DNA of 14,462 nt. Source: a virus. Where the stretch lies: IMG/VR virus record IMGVR_UViG_3300033177_000056; one strand, given 5' to 3'. The stretch's first letter is position 1. Every line of letters begins with the position of its first letter. Under the pieces are notes generated by a model. The model searched no databases. It saw nothing but the letters and a program-made list of their open reading frames with translations, and was not told the DNA's origin. The position numbers and the translations under genes are program-made. Positions 1-6,375 of this stretch are shown here, in pieces.

Positions 1-127
1 TACACCACCTGGTTGTCCGCCGGGTGTGCCTGATACATCCCATCGTTCAGCAGCTGCAGTATAAAGCTGGCCGCCGACGGATCCACCTCGATCGTCGATG
101 GATAATACCTGACCTCCTCCCCCCCGG
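1..127. repeat. Left copy of the exact 127-nt terminal direct repeat (identical to 14336-14462)
   Basis: Compared by eye: tacaccacctggttgtccgccgggtgtgcctgatacatcc...gacctcctcccccccgg occurs at both window ends. It lies inside the terL coding sequence, so it is an assembly or circular-permutation overlap rather than a non-coding LTR. Confidence 0.95.
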
Positions 128-1139
128 CCGGGGGCTCCGCCCCCGGCCAGGGTGTGCGCATCTCCGCGGGCGGGGTATAGGTATGACTCAGCCACGCCGC
201 CATATCACGTGAGTACTCGACATCAGTCTTCTGCCGCCCGGTAACGCTAGAATCCCAATAGTATTCGCGGGACGCGTACCAAGTCCCGTCCCGGTATCTC
301 TCCATCTGGACAAAGTAGGTAGGGTTCTTAGTACCGTAGTCTACGCCCACCCGGACCTCAACAGGAACAGAACCAACGGGCGGCGAGGATATGTGCTTGT
401 CACGAGCGAAGTTGGAGATGGCTAGACCCGACGCGGATCGCCAGAGACCCATGATGTTACGGTCATAGAACAGGGTGCCGGGAGGGTTCTCTCGAACGAT
501 CGCTTCCTTGTAAGACTGATCAAGATGGGGGTTGTCGGATAACGTGAACCTCCACGCGGCTATGTCGTCGGGTCCCTCGTCTACCCCGGGGAGGAGGGGC
601 GCGCCACACTCGCCGGCGGCTGCGGCCGCCGGCTCGCCGTTGCGGTCGTGTACCTTGCTCACGAATCTACGGTACAGGTAATGACTAGGAGGCCCCGGGT
701 TAAGGGTACCGATGATGGCAGCTCCAGGGTCGGACAGTCTGCTCAGGGCGGTCATGGTGAAGTTCTCGGGTACATGTAACCACTCGTCAACGTATACCCG
801 CCACAATGACTCACCCTCGATGCGCTTGTAGCTGTCAAGCTTGTCAGCTCCCTCGCACCAGATCTCCCTATTAAAGATGGTAAGCACTTTCGCTTGCCTT
901 TTGAAGTTGACGTAATCAGGTAGCAACTTTTTAATCTCACTCACTATGTTTCTCTCGATACTTGAAATGGTATTCCCAACAAGCAGCACATTACCATCAG
1001 GGTGTTCGAGCGTTTCCCATAGCATCTTGAGTACCTGAGCCATGGTCTTGCCACTACGCCAGCTCCCATACAGGATGTTAATCCGTTTCGATGGGGTCAC
1101 TAAATACTGGCCTTGCTTTCCTGTCGGTATCTGTAGCAT
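1..1139 (-). CDS. terL: Terminase large subunit, N-terminal and central part (continues across the circular junction into 14152-14335)
   Basis: The minus-strand frame is open from ATG 1139-1137 to base 1; I scanned every in-frame triplet and found no stop. It is absent from the ORF track only because it has no stop inside the window. Translation starts MLQIPTGKQGQYLVTPSKRINILYGSWRSGKT (Walker A GSWRSGKT). Later motifs are LWRVYVDEW (Walker B-like) and VGVDYG (nuclease Asp). Joined to the C-part it is 1323 nt, i.e. 440 aa plus stop. Confidence 0.9.
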   Translation of the reverse strand, partial: MLQIPTGKQGQYLVTPSKRINILYGSWRSGKTMAQVLKMLWETLEHPDGNVLLVGNTISSIERNIVSEIKKLLPDYVNFKRQAKVLTIFNREIWCEGADKLDSYKRIEGESLWRVYVDEWLHVPENFTMTALSRLSDPGAAIIGTLNPGPPSHYLYRRFVSKVHDRNGEPAAAAAGECGAPLLPGVDEGPDDIAAWRFTLSDNPHLDQSYKEAIVRENPPGTLFYDRNIMGLWRSASGLAISNFARDKHISSPPVGSVPVEVRVGVDYGTKNPTYFVQMERYRDGTWYASREYYWDSSVTGRQKTDVEYSRDMAAWLSHTYTPPAEMRTPWPGAEPPAGGEEVRYYPSTIEVDPSAASFILQLLNDGMYQAHPADNQVV

Positions 1140-1605
1140 TGTCCACCTGCACCTGCTGGAATATCTGCACGAGTCGATTCATAGCATGATCCTGATCATC
1201 ACCGGATTCGACTGCATACTTGTCCACGATAATCCCCATACAGATACACAGATCCTTGATATCCCGTGGACACAACTCCGGTCGAAGCAGCATCGCCTGG
1301 ACGCGATCCATCGCAAAACTCAGTGCTTCTTGCCGCTTCTCCGTCTTGATATATCTCGTATACGAATTCAGCCCATCCTCTAGCTCCGACTTCTTGGCCA
1401 GCAGCTTCTCTTGCATGGTCTTAGTCAGCATACCCTTGTGTTTCTCAGCCGCACGGATCACGAACCCGCGATCTCTTCCCAGCATCCGACCGATCTTGTT
1501 CGGGTTGATCCCCTGCACCAGATACTCCACGCACTTCAACTCCTCCTCCGGAGTGCTGGCCCTTCGCCGCCTAACGTTTTTCAGTTCTCTTTCTGGCTCT
1601 GTCAT
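1078..1605 (-). CDS. terS: Putative terminase small subunit / HTH DNA-binding protein (175 aa)
   Basis: It sits immediately upstream of terL and overlaps it by 62 nt. It has a basic N-terminus (RRRRAS), an HTH-like segment INPNKIGRMLGRDRGFVIRAAEKH, then a predicted helical region. SD GGAGGT lies 4 nt before the ATG. Confidence 0.55.
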   Translation of the reverse strand: MTEPERELKNVRRRRASTPEEELKCVEYLVQGINPNKIGRMLGRDRGFVIRAAEKHKGMLTKTMQEKLLAKKSELEDGLNSYTRYIKTEKRQEALSFAMDRVQAMLLRPELCPRDIKDLCICMGIIVDKYAVESGDDQDHAMNRLVQIFQQVQVDNATDTDRKARPVFSDPIETD

Positions 1606-1617
1606 CGTAGACCTCCG

Positions 1618-1630
1618 TTTCCACTGGAAC
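1618..1630. promoter_or_regulatory. Palindromic box TTTCCACTGGAAC (core TTCCA-N-TGGAA) in the terS 5' leader
   Basis: An exact 13-nt copy recurs at 1961-1973 and an inverted or variant copy at 1988-1998. This copy lies 13 nt upstream of the terS ATG, next to the SD. Confidence 0.5.
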
Positions 1631-1671
1631 TTTTGTCACCCCGCCCAGTTCTCCAGGCAGTGCCGAGATTT

Positions 1672-1947
1672 ATGGTAGAACCATGGTAGAACTGAACTCC
1701 CTATGGTAACTCCACAGAGGCGCTGCATAGCGTTATGGTACAAATGGTAGAAATGTGCGATGCTTAGTTTCCATACAGATTCATTGTACATATCTGTACA
1801 ACAGCTGCTGTACATAATTGTACAATGCCCTATACGAATTATTTCGCCATTATTTCTACCATTTGTACCATAACATACCATAAGGAATCTACTGATATCG
1901 ATTTCATCTATGGTAGAACTGAGAAAATCTATGGTAGAATGGTAGAA
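1672..1947. repeat. Iteron array: 9-mer ATGGTAGAA (often ATGGTAGAACT); putative replication origin
   Basis: Perfect direct copies at 1672, 1683, 1744, 1910, 1931 and 1939. One perfect inverted copy at 1854-1862. Degenerate copies at 1703 (atggtaac), 1735 (atggtac), 1865 (gtaccat) and 1875 (ataccat). Spacings of 11, 20-21 and 32 nt are close to helical multiples. The region is visibly more AT-rich than the rest of the genome. Confidence 0.65.
1782..1827. repeat. 46-nt quasi-palindrome with four TGTACA boxes symmetric about CAGCTG
   Basis: cattgtacatatctgtacaacag|ctgctgtacataattgtacaatg, with 19 of 23 arm positions complementary. TGTACA boxes at 1785, 1795, 1809 and 1819 are mirror-symmetric about 1804/1805. 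It sits between the direct and inverted iteron clusters. Confidence 0.7.
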
Positions 1948-1960
1948 CTTGAAAGGTCGA

Positions 1961-1998
1961 TTTCCACTGGAACTAGCCTCGAAATTCTCCAGTGGAAA
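1961..1998. promoter_or_regulatory. Second and third TTCCA-N-TGGAA boxes at the far edge of the origin-like region
   Basis: tttccactggaac at 1961-1973 is identical to 1618-1630. ccagtggaaa at 1989-1998 is its reverse complement. Confidence 0.5.
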
Positions 1999-2013
1999 TG
2001 GACCTTTGAAACC

Positions 2014-2027
2014 AAGTGCTAGCACTT
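2014..2027. terminator. Perfect 14-nt palindrome AAGTGCTAGCACTT just downstream of the primase-helicase stop
   Basis: The reverse complement of aagtgct is agcactt. It lies 25 nt 3' of the stop at 2052. It could be a hairpin or a protein-binding site; no clear T-run follows it. Confidence 0.25.
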
Positions 2028-2051
2028 CATTGGATAGATTCATAGGCAGTA

Positions 2052-4316
2052 TCAACTTCCACACCAGCTCGCCTTGGCTTTAATGTAACCCGGAGTTTCC
2101 TTCAAAGCGAGCTCTAGCTCTTCACTGGACGAGTTCGAAGCCAGCTTGATCCCATCGTAGTACTCGGCTGTCATGTCACGGGTCACCGCGATACCATGGG
2201 CACTCAACAGGTAGCGCCCGACCTTCCTCGGAGATAGCGCAAAGTAGCCGTACTCGGCACAGTATTCCTTGTACTCCTTGTGTAATTCGGCTCTCCGGAC
2301 CTTATATCGTTCACCCTTTATAACCCTGTAATCAACACTAATAAAAGTTTCCAGGCTATTACACGACAGCCTGTACTCCCTGTGCGTCACATCCGCACCG
2401 ACAGGCGGAGTTAGGCCGTGTTTGAGATACTCAGTGTAGCCTTGGATGCACCAGCGCAGGACAGCGCTAAGCTCGTTGTCTAGCTTGTTTCTAAGCATCC
2501 TGTCTATTCGCCCCTTGAAGCTGACGTGGAATGGAATGACCTTGATCCTATCCCAGGCGGCTGCCGTCGTTTCAGTGATCAGTGGCCTGGTGTTACCCGC
2601 GAGCCAGATCGTGGCCTGGGGGTTGAACTGGATCTCCTTCTGGTACAGGGACCTGGCCCTGATAGGGTCGCCGCCTGTCCACGGTTTCAGTACTTCCATA
2701 TTTAAAACAGCGTCATCTCCCGGCTCACCAGCGGAGATGAATCGCTTACCACGGAGGCTAACCAAATCATCGCGTATATCTCTGGAATTCTTCTTCCGAA
2801 GGAATGTGTCCATGTTAGCGTGGATGCCATACTCTCCGCACACACGACGGATGGTCGTCTGGAAGACGGATTTCCCGTTGTCTCCATCACCGGTCGCATC
2901 GTCACAGTAGAAGAAACATTTCTGGGACATGTCCCCTGAGATCCCGTAGCCCACGCATCTCTGGACCCAGTTCCTGATCTCCTCGTCGGGCCAGACCTCC
3001 GTGACGAACTTGTCCCACCGGGCGCCAGTTGCGTCGGGGTCCAGCTTACATCCTCCGATCAAGGTGATGTAGTCCTCGCGCTTAGGAGGATAGCTGGTTG
3101 CGTTTCTGAAGTCGACCGTCCCACCTTCGAATGTCATCTTCATAGGATCGGAGTCAAGCTCCGCGATGCTGATGGCGATGTCAGGATCCCGGGACGCGAG
3201 CGTGAGCATAGCGTTGCGGCCATGCAATGTGTCCGACGATTTGGCCCAGCACGGACCCTTCTCTTCACCGGAGTCTGGCATCAATGAGTATAGGTAGTCA
3301 ATCACCTCGTTTGCCATCGCGTGAATGGTGCTAGCAGCGTCCTCAGCCCATCTGTTGCCATCCCAGATGTACCAGGTCTTCGTCTGGCTGCAGTAGCGGA
3401 CATTCTCTCCGTGCAGCTTCTTGAACCGCAGTGCATTACCACCTTCGGTATTTTCGAAGTTGTCGCCCTTCGGTTGGATGTCTTGTATCATACCGACATC
3501 GATCATTGTCTGGCGGAGCTTAGACTTGTGATCGCGATAGATGTCAGCACACGCTATAACACCAGCGAGTAGGAGGATCAACGATTCCTTACCACCACCT
3601 CGCTGGCACGCATGGCAGAACCATACCTCGTCTTCGACGTTGATAGATAGGCACGTGCCGCTGACCGATCCATGACATGGGACCACTCCCTTCCATTCGT
3701 TGCCACCGCCTACGGTTGGTTCCCACTTGAAGTGCTCGAGGATCTCTGTTATGCTGAACTGGACTTTCCGCTTCATCATGTTCTCTATGGCTGTCTTCAA
3801 AGATACGTGCTTCTTCGCGTTGGTTGAGTAGCCTGAGAAGATGTCCACTAGCTCTGACACCGATAGCACGCGAACCGGCGCAGGATTGACGATTTCCCGT
3901 TTCCCCCCGCGCCAATTGGGGGAGTTGGGAGCTACCGCATTCGCACCGTTGGACTTGATCTCCGCGATCTTGATACCATCTTCGTTGAAGATATTGAACG
4001 GCCCCACGTGTAGCTCGGGGCACTTGTAGTAATAGTGCCTGCTAACATCACCGATGCCATCGGTCAGTGTCTCTGGCATCTTGGTATCGAATGCTGCTCG
4101 CCCATCGATGTTGTCGATGTCAATGACACAAGCTCCTCCGAACCCAGTGCAGATCCCATACGAGATGCCATCAGGAATCTCCGTCTCAGTGAACGAGTTG
4201 TTGATCGTGTTCCACTCCGCGCCGACAGGATTCTTCCCACTGTTCTTGTCACCGAGGACGACAGGCTTGAGCTTGGTGAACCTGAACCGCTGGCCTTTCA
4301 ACTGATCCGGGATCAT
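2052..4316 (-). CDS. Fused primase-polymerase (PrimPol) / CHC2-like zinc finger / D5-P4-type SF3 helicase (754 aa)
   Basis: N-terminal PrimPol motifs: GGACVIDIDNID (DxD), SRHYYYK, AEIKSNGANAVAPNS. Zinc finger: CHGSVSGTCLSINVEDEVWFCHAC. D5_N-like segment: GGNALRFKKLHGENVRYCSQTKTWYIWDGNRW. Walker A: GDGDNGKS. Walker B region: GKRFISAGEPGDD. Confidence 0.9.
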   Translation of the reverse strand: MIPDQLKGQRFRFTKLKPVVLGDKNSGKNPVGAEWNTINNSFTETEIPDGISYGICTGFGGACVIDIDNIDGRAAFDTKMPETLTDGIGDVSRHYYYKCPELHVGPFNIFNEDGIKIAEIKSNGANAVAPNSPNWRGGKREIVNPAPVRVLSVSELVDIFSGYSTNAKKHVSLKTAIENMMKRKVQFSITEILEHFKWEPTVGGGNEWKGVVPCHGSVSGTCLSINVEDEVWFCHACQRGGGKESLILLLAGVIACADIYRDHKSKLRQTMIDVGMIQDIQPKGDNFENTEGGNALRFKKLHGENVRYCSQTKTWYIWDGNRWAEDAASTIHAMANEVIDYLYSLMPDSGEEKGPCWAKSSDTLHGRNAMLTLASRDPDIAISIAELDSDPMKMTFEGGTVDFRNATSYPPKREDYITLIGGCKLDPDATGARWDKFVTEVWPDEEIRNWVQRCVGYGISGDMSQKCFFYCDDATGDGDNGKSVFQTTIRRVCGEYGIHANMDTFLRKKNSRDIRDDLVSLRGKRFISAGEPGDDAVLNMEVLKPWTGGDPIRARSLYQKEIQFNPQATIWLAGNTRPLITETTAAAWDRIKVIPFHVSFKGRIDRMLRNKLDNELSAVLRWCIQGYTEYLKHGLTPPVGADVTHREYRLSCNSLETFISVDYRVIKGERYKVRRAELHKEYKEYCAEYGYFALSPRKVGRYLLSAHGIAVTRDMTAEYYDGIKLASNSSSEELELALKETPGYIKAKASWCGS

Positions 4317-4807
4317 TCGCTACCACCAACGTAAAGCGCAACCGCGAGCGCAGCATCTATGACCCGCGGTATGTCGAGGAAGACATTATTCTTGCACAGC
4401 AAGTAGTTGTCAACCACAATTTCGGAAAGGACCTTCACGTTAGTGACAAGCTCCAGAGGAGGGATCGCATCAATAGCCCAGCCACATCGCCTGAGATTAT
4501 CCATCTGCAGCTTGCGTCTGACTGCCATCAGCTCTGCCCTGATGGCATCGGTCGTAGGAGAATATTCAGGTGCGTTCAGTACGACGTGCTGGAAGTGCAT
4601 CGATCGGATGGCAATATCTATCATCGCACTCTCATCGAAACAGAACTTGTGGGAGAGCTCTCTGAGCATCTCTTTCTCAGAGACCTCGTGCGATATTCTA
4701 TCACGCACGAGATCGCTGACGGTCCTACCGGACTCGGCAGCATCTCTCTTCAGCACTCGCATGTCGTCTTCGTCAACTCGTATGGTCAACCACTTCGATC
4801 TCGCCAT
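4313..4807 (-). CDS. Ribbon-helix-helix (CopG/Arc/MetJ-like) DNA-binding protein with an uncharacterised C-terminal domain (164 aa)
   Basis: The N-terminus KWLTIRVDEDDMRVLKRDAAESGRTVSDLVRDRI fits the RHH beta-alpha-alpha pattern. Its stop overlaps the primase-helicase start as ATGA (4316-4313). There is no SD; a TATA element is centred 27 nt upstream of the ATG. Confidence 0.7.
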   Translation of the reverse strand: MARSKWLTIRVDEDDMRVLKRDAAESGRTVSDLVRDRISHEVSEKEMLRELSHKFCFDESAMIDIAIRSMHFQHVVLNAPEYSPTTDAIRAELMAVRRKLQMDNLRRCGWAIDAIPPLELVTNVKVLSEIVVDNYLLCKNNVFLDIPRVIDAALAVALYVGGSE

Positions 4808-4824
4808 ACACTATGATGTGTGGC

Positions 4825-4843
4825 ACACCCTATATAAGGGTGT
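4825..4843 (-). promoter_or_regulatory. TATA-like box (minus strand TTATATA, 4837-4831) embedded in the palindrome ACACCCT-ATATA-AGGGTGT; putative promoter/operator of the RHH-primase operon
   Basis: Perfect 7-nt inverted arms at 4825-4831 and 4837-4843 with a 5-nt spacer. The TATA centre at 4834 is 27 nt from the A of the ATG at 4807. Confidence 0.5.
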
Positions 4844-4849
4844 TGCACC

Positions 4850-4920
4850 AGCGACTGGAAGAAGGCAGCGGCCCTTCGGGCTTCCCGCGCTGCGGCGCGG
4901 CGCTGCCATCTTCCGTCGCT
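4850..4920. other. 71-nt GC-rich Y-shaped (three-way junction) structure; candidate operon terminator, pac-type site or structured RNA
   Basis: The outer stem is 19 bp: 4850-4855/4915-4920, 4857-4862/4909-4914 and 4864-4870/4901-4907, with one bulge and one mismatch. It encloses hairpin gccc-ttc-gggc (4871-4881) and hairpin ccgcgc-tgcg-gcgcgg (4885-4900). Confidence 0.45.
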
Positions 4921-4988
4921 TCTCCAACCTTATTGATGAGCTGCGCTCCGGGGGTGCGTGGGGGGAAATATGTTGCTGATTGTGTCGG

Positions 4989-5237
4989 TCATAGAACAGC
5001 CATTCCTACCCCGATGGTCGCGGCAATCGCTATCACGCCACCCGCTGCGTATATGATGATGGTATGTCGCCAGACAGTTCCGTGAAGGTTGGACACCTCA
5101 CCGCGCATGGCAGCGAGGTTGGCGTCTTGCGCAGAGAACGAGTCATGCATGTCTGACCGGAGTCGAGATACTTCTGCTCGAATACTATCCATACTACCCT
5201 GGATGGCATTTAGTGTATTAAGTATCTGGTCGTTCAC
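4989..5237 (-). CDS. Small coiled-coil protein with a C-terminal transmembrane anchor (82 aa); function unknown, possibly holin-like or egress-related
   Basis: The C-terminus HTIIIYAAGGVIAIAATIGVGMAVL is hydrophobic. The N-terminal 55 aa look helical or coiled. The GTG start overlaps the upstream stop as GTGA (5237-5234), with GGTGGTGG upstream. Confidence 0.55.
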   Translation of the reverse strand: MNDQILNTLNAIQGSMDSIRAEVSRLRSDMHDSFSAQDANLAAMRGEVSNLHGTVWRHTIIIYAAGGVIAIAATIGVGMAVL

Positions 5238-5578
5238 TCGTCCACCACCGGAGCTAGGAACAGTGTCCTCATCGGGAGTTCCCCGTCGACGAGTGGCTCT
5301 GTTGTGAAGTTTAGTACCATGTAAGTAACGCCATCGAGCTTAAACGTATACAGTGGTCCGCCGGTGTGTGTGCGCGACGAGTCTATTTCTTCGTCAGTAA
5401 TGACCTCGACAGTCGACACGGTGAGCCTGCCGGCGTAGCTCATGACCTGCTGGTTCTTCCTGGTCCACCGAACCCAGATGATCTTCTGCCATCCAGGGAT
5501 AACCTCCACATACCCGCCAGCTCCCCGATGGGTAGCCTCCTTGATAGAGACTACCTGTTGGGTAAGATACTCATTCAT
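5234..5578 (-). CDS. Putative head-closure / head-tail joining protein (114 aa from ATG 5578)
   Basis: ATG 5578-5576 overlaps the upstream stop as ATGA and is preceded by GGTGAT. Its small beta-rich sequence (VVSIKEATHRGAGGYVEVIPGWQKIIWVRW..) and its position after the adaptor resemble SPP1 gp16 / HK97 gp9-class proteins. The ORF-track start at 5638 lies inside the upstream gene. Confidence 0.4.
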   Translation of the reverse strand: MNEYLTQQVVSIKEATHRGAGGYVEVIPGWQKIIWVRWTRKNQQVMSYAGRLTVSTVEVITDEEIDSSRTHTGGPLYTFKLDGVTYMVLNFTTEPLVDGELPMRTLFLAPVVDE

Positions 5579-6375
5579 ATGATCACCGCGTGGTCCAGGA
5601 AGTATCCTCGAAGCAACGTGACCGCAATGCTGGACCACATGGAATCGGGATCCTTGCCGACGAGCTCCTCGTGTAGACCGTCTTTGCCCATGGAGAAACT
5701 CCTAACTCCGTCTTGTCGCAGCCGGGCTCGGCGGGTGTCACCATACTTTAACATGACAAGAGCTTCCTCGCAACACGCCATCTTGACTACCAGTGGGACC
5801 TCGCCATCTCCCTCCCACTTCTCTGTCACGGGGTTGTAGAACTCCCGGGGGAACGCGTTGGTCTGTTCGCTGTCTACTTTCCGGCCACCGAACGGGAGCA
5901 TGTTGATCTTCCTGGTGGCCTCGCGCAGCAGGGGGAGACGCAGCCCAAGCCTGCTAGGAACGGGGTCAACTCCACCGTACAGATACGTCTTAGGAGTTTG
6001 GGCGATAAGCTCCGTGCCGTCGCCGGCGGACTCTGCTACAACGAGGGCAGCAGCATTTGCGTTTGCAGCTATCTGTGCGATCACGTCATCGTGGTCGGCG
6101 TCTTCACCATATTCGACTATGATACTTCGCCCGATGACGGATACCATCTCACCGAACTCCGCTGGTTCGAGCCTGACGTTGATCAGGTTGCCTTCAGCAC
6201 CTTCGGTGACCGCCGTGATAATCAGTGGCATGTCGGTCGATTCGACGGTGTTGCAATACATGTACGCAGCAGAGCCTTCCTCACCGGCGGAGAACCAGTC
6301 TAGTGCATACGGTTTGTTCTCAGGATCGAAGTACTCGTTCGCTTCGCTGAGCGTAGCATATTCTTCTGTAATCAT
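5575..6375 (-). CDS. Putative head-tail adaptor (gp6 / DnaT_2-like) with an inserted ~100-aa domain (266 aa from ATG 6375)
   Basis: The N-terminus [16 protein letters not shown] and the C-terminal [36 protein letters not shown] match the '..FPR....vP..v..A..e.A' pattern of head-tail connector/adaptor families. There is an ATGA overlap at 6375-6372. Confidence 0.5.
   Translation of the reverse strand: MITEEYATLSEANEYFDPENKPYALDWFSAGEEGSAAYMYCNTVESTDMPLIITAVTEGAEGNLINVRLEPAEFGEMVSVIGRSIIVEYGEDADHDDVIAQIAANANAAALVVAESAGDGTELIAQTPKTYLYGGVDPVPSRLGLRLPLLREATRKINMLPFGGRKVDSEQTNAFPREFYNPVTEKWEGDGEVPLVVKMACCEEALVMLKYGDTRRARLRQDGVRSFSMGKDGLHEELVGKDPDSMWSSIAVTLLRGYFLDHAVII

Noticed and set aside
1-127. 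The terminal repeat as a biological LTR/DTR or a transposon end
   Set aside because: It lies within the terL coding sequence and restores that reading frame when the ends are joined. An exact overlap of this kind is best explained by circular assembly of a circular or circularly permuted genome. A true short DTR cannot be excluded without reads.
1672-1947. Possible CRISPR array, because of regularly recurring short repeats
   Set aside because: The repeat unit is only 9-11 nt, the spacings are irregular (8-61 nt), copies occur in both orientations, and there are no cas genes. It behaves as iterons, not as CRISPR repeats.
1636-2064. A 142-aa minus-strand ORF that fills the gap between the primase-helicase gene and terS
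   Set aside because: It runs straight through the iteron/palindrome field. The 9-mer repeat is read in different frames in different copies (FYH in some, VLP in another), so the repetition is at the DNA level, not the protein level. The product is odd (rich in C/Y/H/F, no recognisable motif) and the region is AT-rich relative to all real genes. I cannot fully exclude a small real gene in part of it.
3589-4023. Alternative-frame minus-strand ORFs inside larger genes (e.g. 3589-4023, 6659-6946, 6980-7234, 7691-7927, 8040-8372, 10422-10631, 12952-13194)
   Set aside because: All are nested out of frame within longer ORFs that carry clear family motifs. Their products are Arg/Pro/Gly-rich, the typical off-frame composition. 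There is no sign of programmed frameshift signals.
4824-4910. A 32-codon minus-strand mini-ORF (MAAPRRSAGSPKGRCLLPVAGATPLYRVCHTS) inside the structured intergenic element
   Set aside because: It is encoded by the stems of the GC-rich hairpins, is Arg/Pro/Gly/Ala-rich as expected from GC-rich non-coding DNA, runs through the downstream promoter palindrome, and has no convincing SD.
4850-4920. Possible tRNA or tRNA-like attP fragment (a ~71-nt multi-stem structure)
   Set aside because: It has only two internal hairpins, no T-loop (GTTCRANYC) or D-loop signatures, an outer stem of 19 bp rather than 7 bp, and no integrase in the genome.
4949-4966. G-runs (ccgggggtgcgtgggggg) as a possible G-quadruplex
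   Set aside because: There are only two G-tracts; four are needed for an intramolecular G4.
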